Positions 62,456 through 64,000 of a stretch of 64,000 nt of DNA are shown in pieces. The stretch comes from Clostridia bacterium. GTDB lineage: Bacteria; Bacillota; Clostridia; Oscillospirales; CAG-272. The position numbers and the translations under genes were made by a program. The notes below the pieces were generated by a model, which ran no database searches, had not been told where the DNA came from, and saw only the letters and a program-made list of their open reading frames with translations. The DNA is taken from NCBI GenBank assembly GCA_017415325.1, contig JAFQGY010000247.1, forward strand, positions 2,018 through 66,017. The letters run 5' to 3'. Within the stretch, counting starts at the first letter, position 1; each line of letters begins with the position of its first letter.

Positions 62456-62496
62456 ATACGGCAGCGGATGAAAGGAAAAGTCCCGCCGCCGTGGAA

Positions 62497-63177
62497 TCAA
62501 GTGCTTTCGCACAGATTTTTCTGTAAGTGTTTCATGTAGTACCATTCCAGATGCCGCTTGCGCTGGTCGTAGTCGGGCATGGCAAGCATTAAGCCTGTAT
62601 CAATACGAATCAGCTTGTCAATGTGTTCAAGCTGTGTTTCTGTCAGATACGGTTTGATTACTTCTCCCTTTGAAATGCCGTTCTCGACTCTGAACTGTCT
62701 TGCGCTCTTGCCAAGAACAATCCGGTAAATCATGTCATACTCGTTGGAAAAATGGTACGGTTTCGGTTCTTCGTGAGCAAGCGTGATCTGCTCTGTGAAC
62801 ATCGGATGTTCCAGTCTGGATTCCCGCAGTTGGAGAATGAAGTTCTCCATCTCATTGAACCGCTTGATATATGCTTCCTTGAACTGAGCTGCTTTCCTTC
62901 CGGTGAAACCCATCACAAGATAAGTGAATCCATCACGTGTCATGCAGTAATACGGTTTCTTTCTACCTTGTGAATCGGTGTAATGGGTGAGTCCAAAATT
63001 GGACTTACGGAATTCCTCGCTCAAACCGGATTCCGGATCAAGTATTGTCCGGATCGTTCTCATAACGTGTTTGTGGTCTTTCTCAAAAACCTCTGCCACG
63101 TACCGGGAATCCACTCTTGCAACTTCCTTCGCATCCGCAAAGATACCATACTCGTTCATAGGTACGAGTTCTCGCAT
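62497..63177 (-). CDS. Rha-family phage regulatory protein
   Basis: ATG at 63177 follows AAAGGAAGTGG. VDSRYVAEVFEKDHKHVMRTIR...MTRDGFTYLVMGFTGRKAAQFKEAYIKRFNEME is a Phage_pRha domain. Confidence 0.8.
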   Translation of the reverse strand: MRELVPMNEYGIFADAKEVARVDSRYVAEVFEKDHKHVMRTIRTILDPESGLSEEFRKSNFGLTHYTDSQGRKKPYYCMTRDGFTYLVMGFTGRKAAQFKEAYIKRFNEMENFILQLRESRLEHPMFTEQITLAHEEPKPYHFSNEYDMIYRIVLGKSARQFRVENGISKGEVIKPYLTETQLEHIDKLIRIDTGLMLAMPDYDQRKRHLEWYYMKHLQKNLCEST

Positions 63178-63330
63178 ATTATTCCACTTCCTTTGTAAAT
63201 GAACTATCCACACCCTTATAGTATGGTCACCCGGCAGGGAAGGATGTGGAAAACCCTGCCGGAACCATGTCACACACCGCAGCTTTTTTGGGAAGAAGAA
63301 GATACGGTGTGTTTACGTGCATATTATAAT

Positions 63331-63374
63331 CCAACTTTTGTTGGATGTCAAGCCCATTTTCCAACATTTGTTGG
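63331..63374. promoter_or_regulatory. two inverted-repeat operator candidates of a second switch region
   Basis: CCAACTTTTGTTGG (63331-63344) and CCAACATTTGTTGG (63361-63374), 30 bp apart. They lie between the divergent Rha and HTH genes. Confidence 0.5.
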
Positions 63375-63435
63375 AATCTATGTGTTGCATATATTGACAA
63401 GTCAAATTCTGTTTTAAATCACTACGGAGGTTCTT

Positions 63436-63771
63436 ATGGCTAAAATACCTCATGTAAACATCGACAAGATAAAAGACCTGTGCAAATCCAAAGGCCTTAC
63501 CATGAAGTTCCTGTGCGATCAGATAGCACGTGACAGAACTTATTTCGCCAACATCAGGAGCGGAAAGACAAGAATAGATGATGACGAAATAGAGTTTATT
63601 GCTCACATGTTGGATACCACAGTGGACTATTTAACCGATCTGACAGACCAAAAAGAAAAGCCCACCGAATTACCAGCGGACGCTATCGAACTGAATTCCA
63701 TGCTGCTCCGTATGACGGATGAACAGATCGCAAGGCTGAAAGACCTTGCCAAGGATATACTCGGAGAATAA
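63436..63771 (+). CDS. HTH (XRE-like) repressor candidate
   Basis: 111 aa. GGAGG lies upstream. LTMKFLCDQIARDRTYFANIRSG, followed by an acidic C-terminal helix. Confidence 0.65.
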   Translation: MAKIPHVNIDKIKDLCKSKGLTMKFLCDQIARDRTYFANIRSGKTRIDDDEIEFIAHMLDTTVDYLTDLTDQKEKPTELPADAIELNSMLLRMTDEQIARLKDLAKDILGE

Positions 63772-63775
63772 AGAA

Positions 63776-63803
63776 AAGGCTGGAATCACCCAGCCTTCTT
63801 ATC
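63776..63803 (+). terminator. hairpin after the HTH gene
   Basis: AAGGCTGG (63776-63783) pairs with CCAGCCTT (63790-63797). The T-tract is weak. Confidence 0.4.
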
Positions 63804-63932
63804 TATGTTTTTGCCCGGAAGATCGCCGAACATATCCCGCACCACTTCCATGTAAATTTCTCTCTGCTCTGGCGTCATCTTTTCCAGCATTTCCAGAATT
63901 TCACGGATCATTGCTTGTCTGTCACTTTCCAT
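63786..63932 (-). CDS. 48-aa hypothetical protein
   Basis: My translation: GGAGGAAATATG, then MESDRQAMIREILEMLEKMTPEQREIYMEVVRDMFGDLPGKNIDKKAG. Below the ORF-track length cutoff. Confidence 0.35.
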   Translation of the reverse strand: MESDRQAMIREILEMLEKMTPEQREIYMEVVRDMFGDLPGKNIDKKAG

Positions 63933-64000
63933 ATTTCCTCCACTGTTACTTTTTTCCATCGTTCTGATACCGGATGAGCTGCCGCAGCACCATATACATT
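63908..64000 (-). CDS. 3' end of a gene entering from beyond the window
   Basis: Open frame ...NVYGAAAAHPVSERWKKVTVEEIWKVTDKQ, ending at TGA 63910-63908 and overlapping the next start. Very little sequence to judge. Confidence 0.25.
   Translation of the reverse strand, partial: NVYGAAAAHPVSERWKKVTVEEIWKVTDKQ

Larger units (their letters stand above)
6590..64000. mobile_element. prophage (podovirus-like gene set), right end beyond the window
   Basis: Contiguous phage modules are present: terS/terL, portal, scaffold, capsid, fibres, holin/endolysin, replication/recombination, and antirepressors with HTH switches. GC drops from ~58% to ~40-52% near 6590. The left boundary is inferred from composition only. 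No integrase is seen. Confidence 0.85.

Noticed and set aside
1-64000. Search for CRISPR arrays, DGR (reverse transcriptase plus TR/VR pairs near the fibres), integrase, transposase and rRNA
   Set aside because: I saw no regularly spaced short repeats, no reverse transcriptase or recombinase-like ORF, and no ~100-bp near-repeat of the fibre C-termini. Absence is judged by eye only.

Overview
All calls come from reading the sequence and the ORF track by eye. No database search was run, so family names are recognition from memory.

Layout:
- nt 1 to about 6590 is GC-rich chromosome (about 58% GC in hand-counted 60-nt samples), Firmicutes/Clostridia-like. It carries a partial membrane protein, rpmF, a YceD/DUF177 gene, an ECF-type sigma factor with a fused C-terminal domain, and an ABC solute-binding lipoprotein.
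- From about 6590 to beyond 64000 is a lower-GC prophage of at least 57 kb, transcribed almost entirely on the minus strand.

Prophage modules, right to left:
- Two HTH switch regions with Rha and BRO/KilAC antirepressors (60.4-63.8 kb).
- Recombination, replication and nucleotide-modification genes (45.4-60.4 kb): Gam-like, Rad52-like, replisome organizer, RusA, SSB, dUTPase, NrdG, a radical SAM protein, two methyltransferases and a split PAPS-reductase-like gene.
- A plus-strand accessory island behind an RHH switch (43.0-45.4 kb).
- terS, terL, tRNA-Met(CAT), portal, scaffold and capsid (35.8-42.5 kb).
- Virion proteins, including a 3,495-aa polyvalent methyltransferase-helicase-metallopeptidase protein (19-35.8 kb).
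- Fibres and the lysis cassette (11.4-18.5 kb).
- A 7-gene accessory operon (8.0-11.1 kb).
- A plus-strand DnaB-type helicase (6.7-8.0 kb).

No integrase, tape-measure protein, rRNA, CRISPR array, reverse transcriptase or transposase is visible. The right prophage end is outside the window.

Most notable observations:
1. A strongly acidic 145-aa ORF with its own SD is overprinted in the +1 frame on the disordered linker of the giant gene.
2. The giant DarB-like polyvalent virion protein itself.
3. A tandemly duplicated, covariation-supported structured RNA candidate sits at the chromosome/prophage junction.
4. An RHH-controlled opposite-strand island carries consensus sigma-A promoters and a very acidic protein.
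5. A conserved 21-nt motif lies in front of three late transcription units.
6. A D-arm-less tRNA-like element with an encoded CCA sits inside the lysogeny region.
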